A DNA stretch of 63,954 nucleotides, the filler included, from Stramenopiles sp. TOSAG23-6 (lineage: Eukaryota), in NCBI GenBank assembly GCA_900128565.1. It is 4 parts of 4 records of this genome, joined end to end, with 100 filler letters (N's around TTAATTAATTAA, not from the genome) between each part and the next. Parts side by side here need not be neighbours in the genome. Positions count along the whole stretch, not along the records: positions 33,925 to 50,686 come from LT636087.1; positions 50,787 to 63,954 come from LT636173.1; 2 more parts are not named here. One strand, written 5' to 3'. Positions 47,012 to 58,100 of this stretch are shown piece after piece. Under the pieces are notes generated by a model. That model was not told the DNA's origin and did no database searches. It worked only from the letters and a program-made list of their open reading frames with translations. The position numbers and the translations under genes are program-made. How positions within the stretch are numbered: position 1 is the first letter of the stretch; each line of letters opens with the position of its first letter.

Positions 47012-48019
47012 TTAAAGGTAAAAAATATTATATAAACTATCAAATCCTATTAGGATCCCCGCGATAAAAAACAACCATCCTAAAGTTAAAGGTACAAATA
47101 CTTTTCAACCTAAATACATTAGTTGGTCATAACGGAATCTTGGTAGCATTGCTCGGGCAAGTATAAATAATGAAGCAAAAAATAAAATTTTTAAACTAAA
47201 TCAGAAAGGTCCAGGTATAATATTTAAAAAGTCTAAAGGTGCAAATCAACCTCCTAAAAAGAAAATAGAGATAACCCCACACATTGTTAAAATATTACTA
47301 TATTCACCTAAAAAAAACAAAGCAAACCCCATAGCGGAATATTCAACACTATAACCTGAAACTAACTCAGCTTCAGCTTCTGGTAGATCAAAAGGGTGCC
47401 GGTTAGTTTCAGCTAAAGCTGAAACAAAAAATACCAAAAACATTGGGAATAGGGGTAAAACATACCATACTTGTTTTTGTGCGAAGACTATATCTGTTAA
47501 GTTTAATGAACCTGCACATAAAAAAACTGTTAATACAGTAAAACTTATAGCAATTTCATAAGAAATCATTTGTGCTGCAGAACGTAATGCCCCTAAAAAA
47601 GCATATTTTGAATTACTAGATCACCCTGCCATAATTATTGTATATACACTTAAAGATGATATAGCAAAAAAATAAAGTACACCTAAATTTAAATTAGCTA
47701 TAACCGCATTGTTACCAAAAGGGATTACAACTCAGGCAAGTAGTGCTAGTATAAATGTAAAGATTGGTGAAAGGACAAAAATAATAGGGTTACTAGAACT
47801 AGGTATGATTGTTTCTTTTAATATAAGTTTAACACCATCAGCAATAGCTTGTAATAACCCAAAAAAACCTATAACATTAGGTCCTCGACGTCGTTGTACA
47901 GAAGACATTAATTTTCTTTCTAATAAAGTAAAAAATGCTACAGTAACTAATAAAAGAATTATTAAAATAAGGCTTTTTAAGATAATTGAAATAACAAAAA
48001 GTGTCAGTTTTGATAGCAT
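47012..48019 (-). CDS. nad1: NADH dehydrogenase subunit 1
   Basis: ERK...[40 protein letters not shown]=Trp. Confidence 0.97.
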
Positions 48020-48035
48020 CAAAATATTTTTTGTA

Positions 48036-50090
48036 TTAGTTGAAATTAATTTTAGTAGTGCTTAATGAGGTTTTATTCATAATTCTTGAATTTTTGGTAA
48101 GAATATCTGTTACATAAAAATCTCGTATGTTTGGCTTAGATACATAATTATTTTTATAATTTGTTTCTAAATTAGAATTGATTAGTATTGTTTCTTTAAC
48201 ATATTTCTTTGTCAATAAAAATTTATAATTATTTTCAAAAGTTTTCATTAAAGTTTTTTGATTTGTTATTTTAACATCATAGTTTAAATATTGTAGAAGC
48301 GCTGTAAAAATTTTTCAATCTTGTCGTGATTCTTTTTTCCCTGCATGGGCTTTTTTAGTTTTTTGCAGAAAACTATTAATATTTAAAAAATGGTTTTCTG
48401 ATTCAGTAGTTGTAAGGCTTGGTAAAAAAAGATTAATGTTATTAATATCATTAGTACCATGAGAACCTATATAAATTACTTTAGTTTTTTTATTTAAAAG
48501 GTTTAAATTTATTTTATCTGTATTTAGTAAAAATACAGTATGAAGTTGTTGTAACTTTTTTAAATTAATAGATTGTAAACCTAATTCACAAGCATTAATA
48601 AGGCCCATGTTTGTTGTTAGGTGGTTTATTGCATTATAATCTTTGGTATACAATGAATTTAGATTTCTTTTTAAAATAGAATAAGTTGCATTTGTATTTT
48701 TACTTACTTCATTATTACCAAAAATTATTATTGGTGTTTTAGCTTTTTGTAGGTTTTTAACAGCTAAATTAGATCCTTCTAAAAATTGGTAATTATTATT
48801 TAAATTTAAACCTAAAGACTTTGATTCATAACCAAGGTTTTGGAATGGTCCAGTATAGTAAACTTTCATACGACCATTATAAACATTTTTACGTAATCTT
48901 ATTTGTAAGGCAGATGCCTCTTTTTTAGGGTTAGCTTCTATAAGGTAACAAAAATCAGTATATTCTAATAATTTTAATGTTGTATTAAATTTATAATTAA
49001 AAGGTAAATTTAAATTATATTGTGACTTTGTAATAAGCTCATCATTAAATAATAATGAACTTCCATTTAAATTTAAAAATGTTTTTGCAATCAATAAAGT
49101 TTCTAAACTTGTAAATTTACTTGAAACAATACCTATTTTATTATTTGCTGCCTTTGTAGACAGTTTTATAAACTTAAAAACATCTTTTCAACTTTTTGTT
49201 TCAAAGGTGTTATTAACTGTTTTATATTTTGGAAAAACTAGTCTTTGGATATTTAAACTATCATAATAAAACCGTGTTTTATCAGAAATTCATTCTTCAT
49301 TTATAGAATTATTAAAACAAGGTGTTATATTGATTATTTCATTACCTTTTAAATTTAAAGCAACGTTGGACCCAACGCTATCTAAAACATCAATACTTTC
49401 AACTTGTTCAAGTTCTCATAAACGTCCTTGAAATGCTGATGGTTTTGCTGTTAGAGCACCTAATAATTGAAAGTTTATTTTTTTTGTAAAATTACTTACA
49501 GGGCATAAATCTATAACATTTCCAGAAAGTTCAGATTGAAGTATACTTTTAATGTATGAACCAATTTCAGTTTTTTTACCTCGACCGGTAGTACCTAATG
49601 TAGTTACACCTGCAATTTCATGAGCGAAACGTATACATCTAGTACAATGGATACAACGTGTCATAATAGTTTTTATTAACGGACCACCTATCTTATCTTC
49701 AACACTTCTTTTTTCATTGTAAAACCTACCGCTATCAGAACTATAAAAAAATGATTGATCTTGTAAGTCACATTGCCCACCTTGATCACAAATAGGACAA
49801 TCTAACGGGTGATTTAATAATAAGAATTCCATAACGGCTTCTCTTGCTTTTTGAACCGTTGGTGTATTTGTAAAAATTTTAATACCTTCCATTACTGGAA
49901 AGGTACATCCTGTTACAGGTTTTGGAGACTTTTCTATTTCAACTAAACACATTCGACAATTTCCTGCTATTAATAAACGTTCGTGGAAACAAAAACGGGG
50001 TAGGTCGATACCTACTTGAGTACAAGCTTGCAATACTGTTGTATTGTTAGAAACTTTAAACGAAATACCATCAATTTCAATATTTACCAT
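48036..50090 (-). CDS. nad11: NADH dehydrogenase subunit 11, unsplit (TGA=Trp)
   Basis: [51 protein letters not shown]; one frame throughout. Confidence 0.95.
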
Positions 50091-50121
50091 TGATTTTTTA
50101 ATTTATATTATGGTTATTTTA

Positions 50122-50208
50122 CGGAAAGGGTGGGGTTCGAACCCACGAAGCAGCAATTGCTGCGTTAGTTTAGCAAACTAATACTTTAAACCACTCAGTC
50201 ACCTTTCC
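50122..50208 (-). tRNA. trnS: tRNA-Ser(GCT)
   Basis: Cloverleaf, long variable arm, anticodon loop TTGCTAA, GGTTCGAAC. Confidence 0.92.
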
Positions 50209-50210
50209 TT

Positions 50211-50283
50211 CGAGAACGACAGGACTTGAACCTGCACAAACCGGTTCGACAAACCGGTACTCTACCAATTAAGCTACGCTCCC
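50211..50283 (-). tRNA. trnD: tRNA-Asp(GTC)
   Basis: Anticodon arm CCGGT-TTGTCGA-ACCGG; GGTTCAAGTCC. Confidence 0.92.
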
Positions 50284-50686
50284 TTTTTCATAAATAAAGA
50301 ATATTAATAAAGAAGTTACTAATATATTCAAATCTAAGAAATAAAAAATAAAATCATTAAAACCTACAAAAGTTATTAAACATACTACACTAATTAACAT
50401 TACAAAAGTGTAATGGTATATTAGCCCAGTTTGTAGTTTTAATGCGTTAAAATGTTTATTATATAATAAGCTAGATAATCCAAAAGGTCCAAAAAATTCA
50501 ATAAAACCACGATCTACTAGTTTATAAGTACCATTATACCCTATTTTTAGTGTAAATTGGTTAATAGTTTTATTATATAATTTATCTATAAATCACTTTC
50601 GATTAAAAAAATTATAAAATTGTAGACCAAAAGATGTTATCTTAAATTCATAAATATTTTTAATTTTTAATTGATAATATAAAATA
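50269..50686 (-). CDS. nad5: NADH dehydrogenase subunit 5, 3' part
   Basis: NRKWFIDKLYN, DRGFIEFFGP, LQTGLIYHY. Confidence 0.92.
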
Positions 50687-50786
50687 NNNNNNNNNNNNNN
50701 NNNNNNNNNNNNNNNNNNNNNNNNNNNNNNTTAATTAATTAANNNNNNNNNNNNNNNNNNNNNNNNNNNNNNNNNNNNNNNNNNNN
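50687..50786. other. Artificial contig linker
   Basis: N-run, TTAATTAATTAA, N-run. Confidence 0.99.
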
Positions 50787-50866
50787 AAAAAAAAAAAAAA
50801 AAAAATTGTTAGGTACAAAATTTCGTATGAAAAAAAAAATTAAAAAATTCATGATGAAAAAAGTAC
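50787..50866 (-). other. Family-A intron, 5' part at contig edge
   Basis: GTACTTTTTT...CATACGAAATTTTGTACCTAAC. Confidence 0.7.
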
Positions 50867-51660
50867 ATTTTTTCGTGTACTTGTCTCAATGACAATGTTA
50901 AATACTCCATCTGATGTATATATTCCATTCAAATTAAGTGAACTGTCGCCAAATATTGTAAAATAATATTTCAAAAAATTGATTTTTTTGTTGGGTATAT
51001 AATTGTATAGGAAAAAAAAAATTCAATTTTGAAAACGTATATATGAAATAGACACTTTTAAAAAAAAAAAAAAAAAAATCGTTAGGTACGAAATTTCGTA
51101 GGAAAAAAAATAAAATTCATTCTACAAAAACATACATTTGAACCATCATCATTTCCATGAATAGAATGTGTTGATTGTGTTGGGACACCAACAAATAATA
51201 TTAATTCAATATCGTATAATGGATTATTTTTGTTTTTTACATTCTTGGATGTATTGTCAGATGATATATCTTTTGCCCAGGAGCATTCTACAGAAAATTG
51301 AGCGTTACTTAAATCACTTTTTAGACCTTTTACAGTGACTTTTTTACTACGACATAATTTTTCCAACTCTGGCTCTGAATCTACCATTTCATTTACAATA
51401 AAAGACATCACTTTATCTACATATGTTACTACTTGCTTTTGTCGAGAAAGTTTTGGAAGGTCTTCCTTCATGCACCAGAAAGGTAGCCTGTGTTGTTGAG
51501 TTTCAAATAAAGGTAACATATCAGTAGCGATTACGGGATATTCACCAACATTGACATCACCTTTATGACAATAATTTCCAAGTATAAAGAATGCATTTGA
51601 ATTAACTATTGTACTTTTTGATTCAACTACAGGCTTAAATAATACGTAGATGGAACGCAT
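50867..51660 (-). CDS. Hypothetical protein, 3'-partial (exons 51136-51660 and 50867-50950)
   Basis: ORF MRSIYVLF...DDGSN continues in phase 0 as GDSSLNLNG... after two tandem family-A elements. Confidence 0.55.
50951..51135 (-). other. Two tandem family-A introns, probably flanking a micro-exon
   Basis: Two core motifs; donors GTATG (51135) and ATACG (51040); final end TACAATATTT. Confidence 0.6.
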
Positions 51661-52131
51661 TTTTTTTTTTTTTTTTTTTTTTAAAGGAAATTCCGCACAG
51701 TTATTCAACAAAAACGTTTACCGCAACTCACCAAAAAAAAAAAAAGATGATCTCTATACCGTCGTTGATGATTAATACAATGAATTATCCAAAGAGTTGA
51801 TGATGCTTCACTTTGGTCTATGTAGAATCGTAATCTGATGAAATATTTTGGTTGCTTTTGTGGTGCAGAAAAGAGCGCCCTTTGTTTTTTTGCTCTCACA
51901 CAGCAGTCGGTTATAATTTTTAAAAAACCCTAACCCTAGTAAATATAAGCGATCTAGATCCAATAATAAATATTTAACGGTTGTTCATTTTTCATTTGCG
52001 CAACGTATCCTATATGTAATAATAATAATCGATTATTAAAGAAGATCACTGTATTAAACCATTTTACTTCATCACGTACATACTACATTTTCACTACAGC
52101 TATATCAAAGTAAATTCATTCACTGTGCAGA

Positions 52132-55100
52132 ATGCTGTCTCATGAAATAGCATCAGGAACGAATAAAGAAGTTCAGCAGAAGACAAATGCTTTAAAGGAT
52201 AAAGTGAGTGTGAAAATTGTTGCTCAGAACACCAAAAATCGTAAACCTCAACTTTCAAAGACATCTCCAAATGATGTGCATGTTGAATATGGAAATTACG
52301 AAATGGATGAAAGACAGGAAGTTCAATCTGGGTGCTTTTTACTGTTTTTACTCATAATTATTTTGGTCACTTTTCTTTTAACGTGGTCAACATATTCAAT
52401 CATTGAGTATGCAGATGGAAACGTGAATGATACATACATTTTTGGGTCGAGTGCACCTGCTTTACTCCTAATTATACTGGGTATCATGATCTACATTCTC
52501 CGAATTCGTAATAAGTCTTCGAAAAACGTCATTAATAATACAACATTATGTATTATTATGATACTATTAATGAGTGGCGCAGCTGTTGGAGGTTATTTTT
52601 CGATTAAAGAATTGTATGGTAAAAATTCATTTTGTGAGTATATGCGAAGCTTTCAAGTGAACATAAATCCCAATGAAATTTGTCAACGAAAACAACTGCT
52701 TGAAGAAATGGATAATAACATCAACGCCCATAATTCAAGTAATACAGAATGTTCAGCTAGTCAATCTAAATTAAGTCATCAAACGGAACTTGAAGTATTG
52801 CACTCACTTGGACTTCATGATGCTGAAGGTCTGTACAAACAATTTTTTGGCGGTTACTCTAGTACCCTGTCGTTGACCAATTATGATGCATGTACAAAAA
52901 TCGATTGGTCCGATGGAACAAAGAATGCAGAATGTACAGCTAAAGTTTCTCAAGCTGTAACACCTCCAAAACACCAAGGCGATTGCTCATCATCTTGGGC
53001 AATGGTGACAGTTGCACTTATTGAATCAGCGTATGTCATCCAAAGAGACGTAAAAGATGTCGTACCTTTTTCCGTTGAACATATTGTCAATTGTCAACCT
53101 ACTGTAAACGTAAATGGTAAAGATTATCATGGTTGTCATGGTGGGAATGCCGTATTTGCTTTACAGCAACTGAAATCTGAGGGTATCTGCACTGCTGAAA
53201 AGTATCCTTATTCATACTATAATCCAGCTGAAGTAACGAAATGCCTTGACAGCTCAAACTGTGATAAGTCTGTTGAAGCTCTTGAAACTAAAGCATTTGA
53301 GTATGAAACAGGAAAGGCGTGCAAAAATGAAATCACAGAGAAATGTACAGATGTGAGTGTAAAAAACATTTATAAAGTGGCAGAAGATGGGACAATGACA
53401 GAGGCTCAAATAAAAAAGGTACTTGCAAACAAAGGTCCAATTGCTATTGGGCTAAGTATAGACATTGCAAATGTGGGCGATTTTATGAAGAAACATACCT
53501 GCATCATTACTCCAACATGTGGCAATGTCACAGAATCCGGTTTAATTGTTGGTTACGATGAAACTGATTCTAATAACAAATATTGGAAAGTAAAAATGTC
53601 ATGGGGTGAGGAAATTGGTACTTTCTTGTCATACATTTTCATTTTTTTTTTCTTTTACCAAAAATAGTACCTAACAAATTGTATTACTGTAAAACATATC
53701 TTTTTTCATAATAGGTGAAGGTGGATTCATAAAACTCAAAATGGGAAGTGAAAAGTGTTTATATGATGGGTATTTTGTGGAAATAAATGATATTTCAGTA
53801 AAAACTCCGCCACCTACGGATCCAGTAAAAAAGCAACAAGTGGAGGCTGCGATAAAAACGGCAAGCGAAGGACACAAAAGTGTATTTTTTTTTCATGCAA
53901 ACATGAATGATTTTAGGTTTTAAATGATCATTTTTTATTTATTTTAAATATGTATGACATATTGTAAAGATTATTTACAGTATTTTCGGCTTATCTTCAA
54001 AAGATGAATGATTTTTGCTTTTACATGATAAAAGTTGTTATTCATTTGCAATACTATTTTGACATATTGTGTAGATTATTGCAAGTATTTTGGTTTTTCT
54101 TGCAAACATGAATTAGGGTTAGCTATTAAATGATAACAATGATTTTTTATATACAATATAATTGACATATTGTACAGATTATTGGATGTATTTTTGCTCT
54201 TCTTGCAAACATGAGTTAGCGTTAGCTATTAAATTATAATAGTATTTATTTATTTGAAGTACTCTTGACATATTGTGCAGATTATTTGCTGTATTTTTGT
54301 TTTTTCTTGCAATGATGGATGATGATTACTTTAGAATGATGAAAATGTTGATTTATTTCAAAAACCATTGACATATTGTATAGATTATTGAATGTATTTT
54401 TTTTTATTCAAAAGATGAATGATGATTACTTTTAAATGATAATAATGTTGATTTATTTCATATACTATTGACATATTGTACAGATTACTTGCTGCATTTT
54501 ATTTTTCTTGCAAAGATTATTAATGTTAGATTTTAAAATAACGATGTAAATTCATTTGAAGTACTATTGACATATTGTACAAATTATTGGTTATATTTTT
54601 GTTTTTCTTGCAATGATGGATGATGATTACTTTTACATGATAATAATGTTGATTTATTTCATATACTATTGACATATTGTACAGATTATTTGCTGTATTT
54701 TTGTTTTTCTTGCAATGATGGATGATGATTACTTTTAAATGATAAAAATGTTGATTTATTTCAAAAACCATTGGCATATTGTATAGATTATTGTTTGTAT
54801 TTTTGTTTTTCTTGTAATGACGGATGATGATTGCTTTTAAATGATAATAGTGTTGATTTATTTCATAAACTATTGACATATTGTACAATTTTTTTAACAT
54901 ATTTTTGTTTTTCTTGCAATGATGGATGATGATTACTTTTAAATGATAATAATGTTGATTTATTTCAAAAACCATTGACATATTGTATAGATTATTTGCT
55001 GTATTTTTGTTTTTCTTGCAATGACGGATGATGATTACTTTTAAATGATAATAATGTTGATTTATTTCAAATACTATTGACATATTGTATAGATTATTGT

Positions 55101-58100
55101 GCGTATTTTTGTTTTATTCAAAAGATGAATAATGTTNGCTTTTAGATGATAACAATATTTTATCATTTACAATATCTATGACATATTGTACAGATTATAG
55201 GATGTATTTTTGATTTTAATCAAAAGATGAATGATTTAGCTTTGAAATGATAATAATGCTTATTCATGTACAATATCCATGACATATTGTACAAATTATT
55301 GAAGGTATTTTTGTTTTTCTTGCAAAGATAAATTATGCTAGATTTTCAATAATATCAATGTTGATTCATTTTAGATACTTTTGATATATTGTACATATGA
55401 TTTTGTGTATCGTTGCTTTTCTTGCAAATATGAATAATGTATGCTTTGAAGAAACAACGTTGATTCATTTAAACTGCTAGTAACATATTGTACAAATTAT
55501 TGAAGGTATTTTTGTTGTTATTCAAAAGATGAATTATATTTGGTTTTAAATGATATCAATGCTTATTGATTTGAAATACTAGTGACANATTATGTAGATA
55601 ATTGGCAGTATTTTTGGCTTTATGCAAAAGATGAATGATGTTTGATTTTAAATGATAATATTTTTTATTCATTTTAAATACTATTGACATATTGTAGAGA
55701 TTATTGAGCGTATTTTTGAATTTGTGGAAAAGATGAATGAAGTTTGATTTTAAATAATAATATGTTTTATTTGTTTAAATACTATTGACATATTGTACAG
55801 ATTATTGGCAGTATTTTTGGATTTATGGAAAAGATTGATGGCGTTAACATTTAAATGATAATTAAATGATGATTTATTTTAAATACTATTGATATATTGT
55901 ACAGATTATTGTGGGTATTTTTGTTTTTGTTGCAAAGATGAATATTGTTTGCATTTTATTGATAACAATGTTCATTCATTGAAAATATTATTGACATATT
56001 GTAGAGATTATTGTACGACAAATGGATAAATTTGGTATTTTTGTTTTTATTCAAAAGATGAATAATGTTTGCATTTATATGATACAATATTTATTTATTT
56101 CAAATACTAGTGACATATTGTAGAGATTATTGGCCGTATTTTTGTTTTTGTGGAAAAGATGAATAATGTTTGCTTTTATATGAAAAAAATGTTGATTTAT
56201 TTAAAATACTATTGACATATTGTACAGATTATTTCCAGTATTTTTGTTTTTCTTGCAAATTTGAATGATGTTTGCTTTTATATGAAAAAAATGTTTCTCA
56301 TTTCAAATACTATTGACATATTGTGTAGATTATTTCAAGTATTTTTGTCTTTATTCAAAAGATGAATAATGTTTGCTTTTATATGATAAAAATGTTTATT
56401 TATTTAAAATATTAGTGACATATTGTAGAGATTATTGTCTGTATTTTTGTTTTTATTCAAAAGGTTGAATGATGTTTGCTTTTTAATGATGAAAATGCTT
56501 ATCTATTTCATATACTATTGACATATTGTAGAGATTATGGACTGTATTTTTGTTTTTGATCAAAAGATGAATAATGTTTGCTTTTTAATGATACTAATAT
56601 TTATTTTGTATACTAGTGACATATTGTACATATTATTTAATGTATTTTTGTTTTTAATCAAAAGATGAATACTGTTTTCTTTCAAATTACACCAATGTTT
56701 AATCATTTCCAATACTGAGGACATATTGTAGACATTATTAGACGTATTTTTGTTTTTATTCAAAAGGTTGAATGATGTTTGCTTTTTAATGATGAAAATG
56801 CTTATCTATTTCATATACTATTGACATATTGTAGAGATTATGGACTGTATTTTTGTTTTTGATCAAAAGATGAATAATGTTTGCTTTTATCTGAAAAAAA
56901 ATGTATATTTATTTCAAACAATATTGACATATTGTATGGATTATTGGAAGTATTTTTGTTTTTATTCAAATGATGAATGATGTTTGCTTTTACATGATAA
57001 AAATATTTATTTATTTCATATACTATTGACGTATTGTAGACATTATTGTACGTATTTTTTTTTTATTCAAAAGATGAATACTGTTTAGGGTTAGAATGAT
57101 ATAAATGTTGATTCATTTCAAATACTATTGACATATTGTAGAGATTATTGATGGTATTTTTGTTTTTATTCAAAAGATGAATAATGTTTGCTTTTATATG
57201 ATGAAAATGTTGATTTATTTCATATACTATTGACATATTGTACAAAATATTGACAGTATTTCTGTTTTTATTCAAAAGATGAATAATGTTTGCCTTTATA
57301 TGATGAAAATGTTGATTTATTTAAAATATTAGTGACATATTGTATAGATTATTGCTTGTATTTTGTTTTTATTCAAAAGATGAATGGTGTTTGCTTTAGA
57401 ATGATATCAATGTTTATTTATTTTGTATACTATTGACATATTATACAGATTATTGGACGTATTTTTGTTTTTCTTGCAAATTTGAATGATTTTTGCTTTA
57501 GAATGATAAAAATGTTTATTTATTTCATATATTATTGACATATTGTAGACATTATTGCAAGTATTTTTGTTTTCTTGCAAAGATGAATTATTTTAACTTT
57601 TACTTGATAACAATGTTTATTCATTAAAAATACTATTGACATATTGTAGAGATTATTTCGAGTATTTTTGTTTTCATTCAAAAGATGAATGATGTTTGCG
57701 TTTTAATGATAAAACTGTTTATTCATTTCATACACTAGTGACATATTGTAGACATTATTGATCGTATTTTTCTTTTATTCAAAAGGTTGAATGGTGTTTG
57801 CTTTTTAATGATAAAATTGCTTATTTATTTTGTATACTATTGACATATTGTACAGATTATTTCGAGTATTTTTGTTTTTTTTCAAAAGATGAATGATGTT
57901 TGCTTTGAAATGATAAATATGTTGATTTATTTCATATACTAGTGACATATTGTAGGCATTATTGAACGTATTTTTGGTTTTATTCAAAAGGTTGAATGAT
58001 GTTTGCTTTTGCATGATGAAAATATTTATTTATTTCAAATACTATTGACATATTGTACAGATTATTGCAAGTATCTTTGTTTGTATTCAAAAGATGAATG

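Noticed and set aside
38968-50686. Mitochondrial genes as fragmented pseudogenes
   Set aside because: Breaks in the ORF track are TGA codons at conserved Trp positions, apart from the two TAA cases reported.
51136-51899. Possible CENP-O/RWD-like kinetochore protein
   Set aside because: Only a faint resemblance by eye; cannot be supported without an HMM search.
53882-53923. Stop at 53923 as the true end of the papain-like gene
   Set aside because: The last 13 codons (VFFFHANMNDFRF) are the first repeat unit read through; disfavoured but not disproved.
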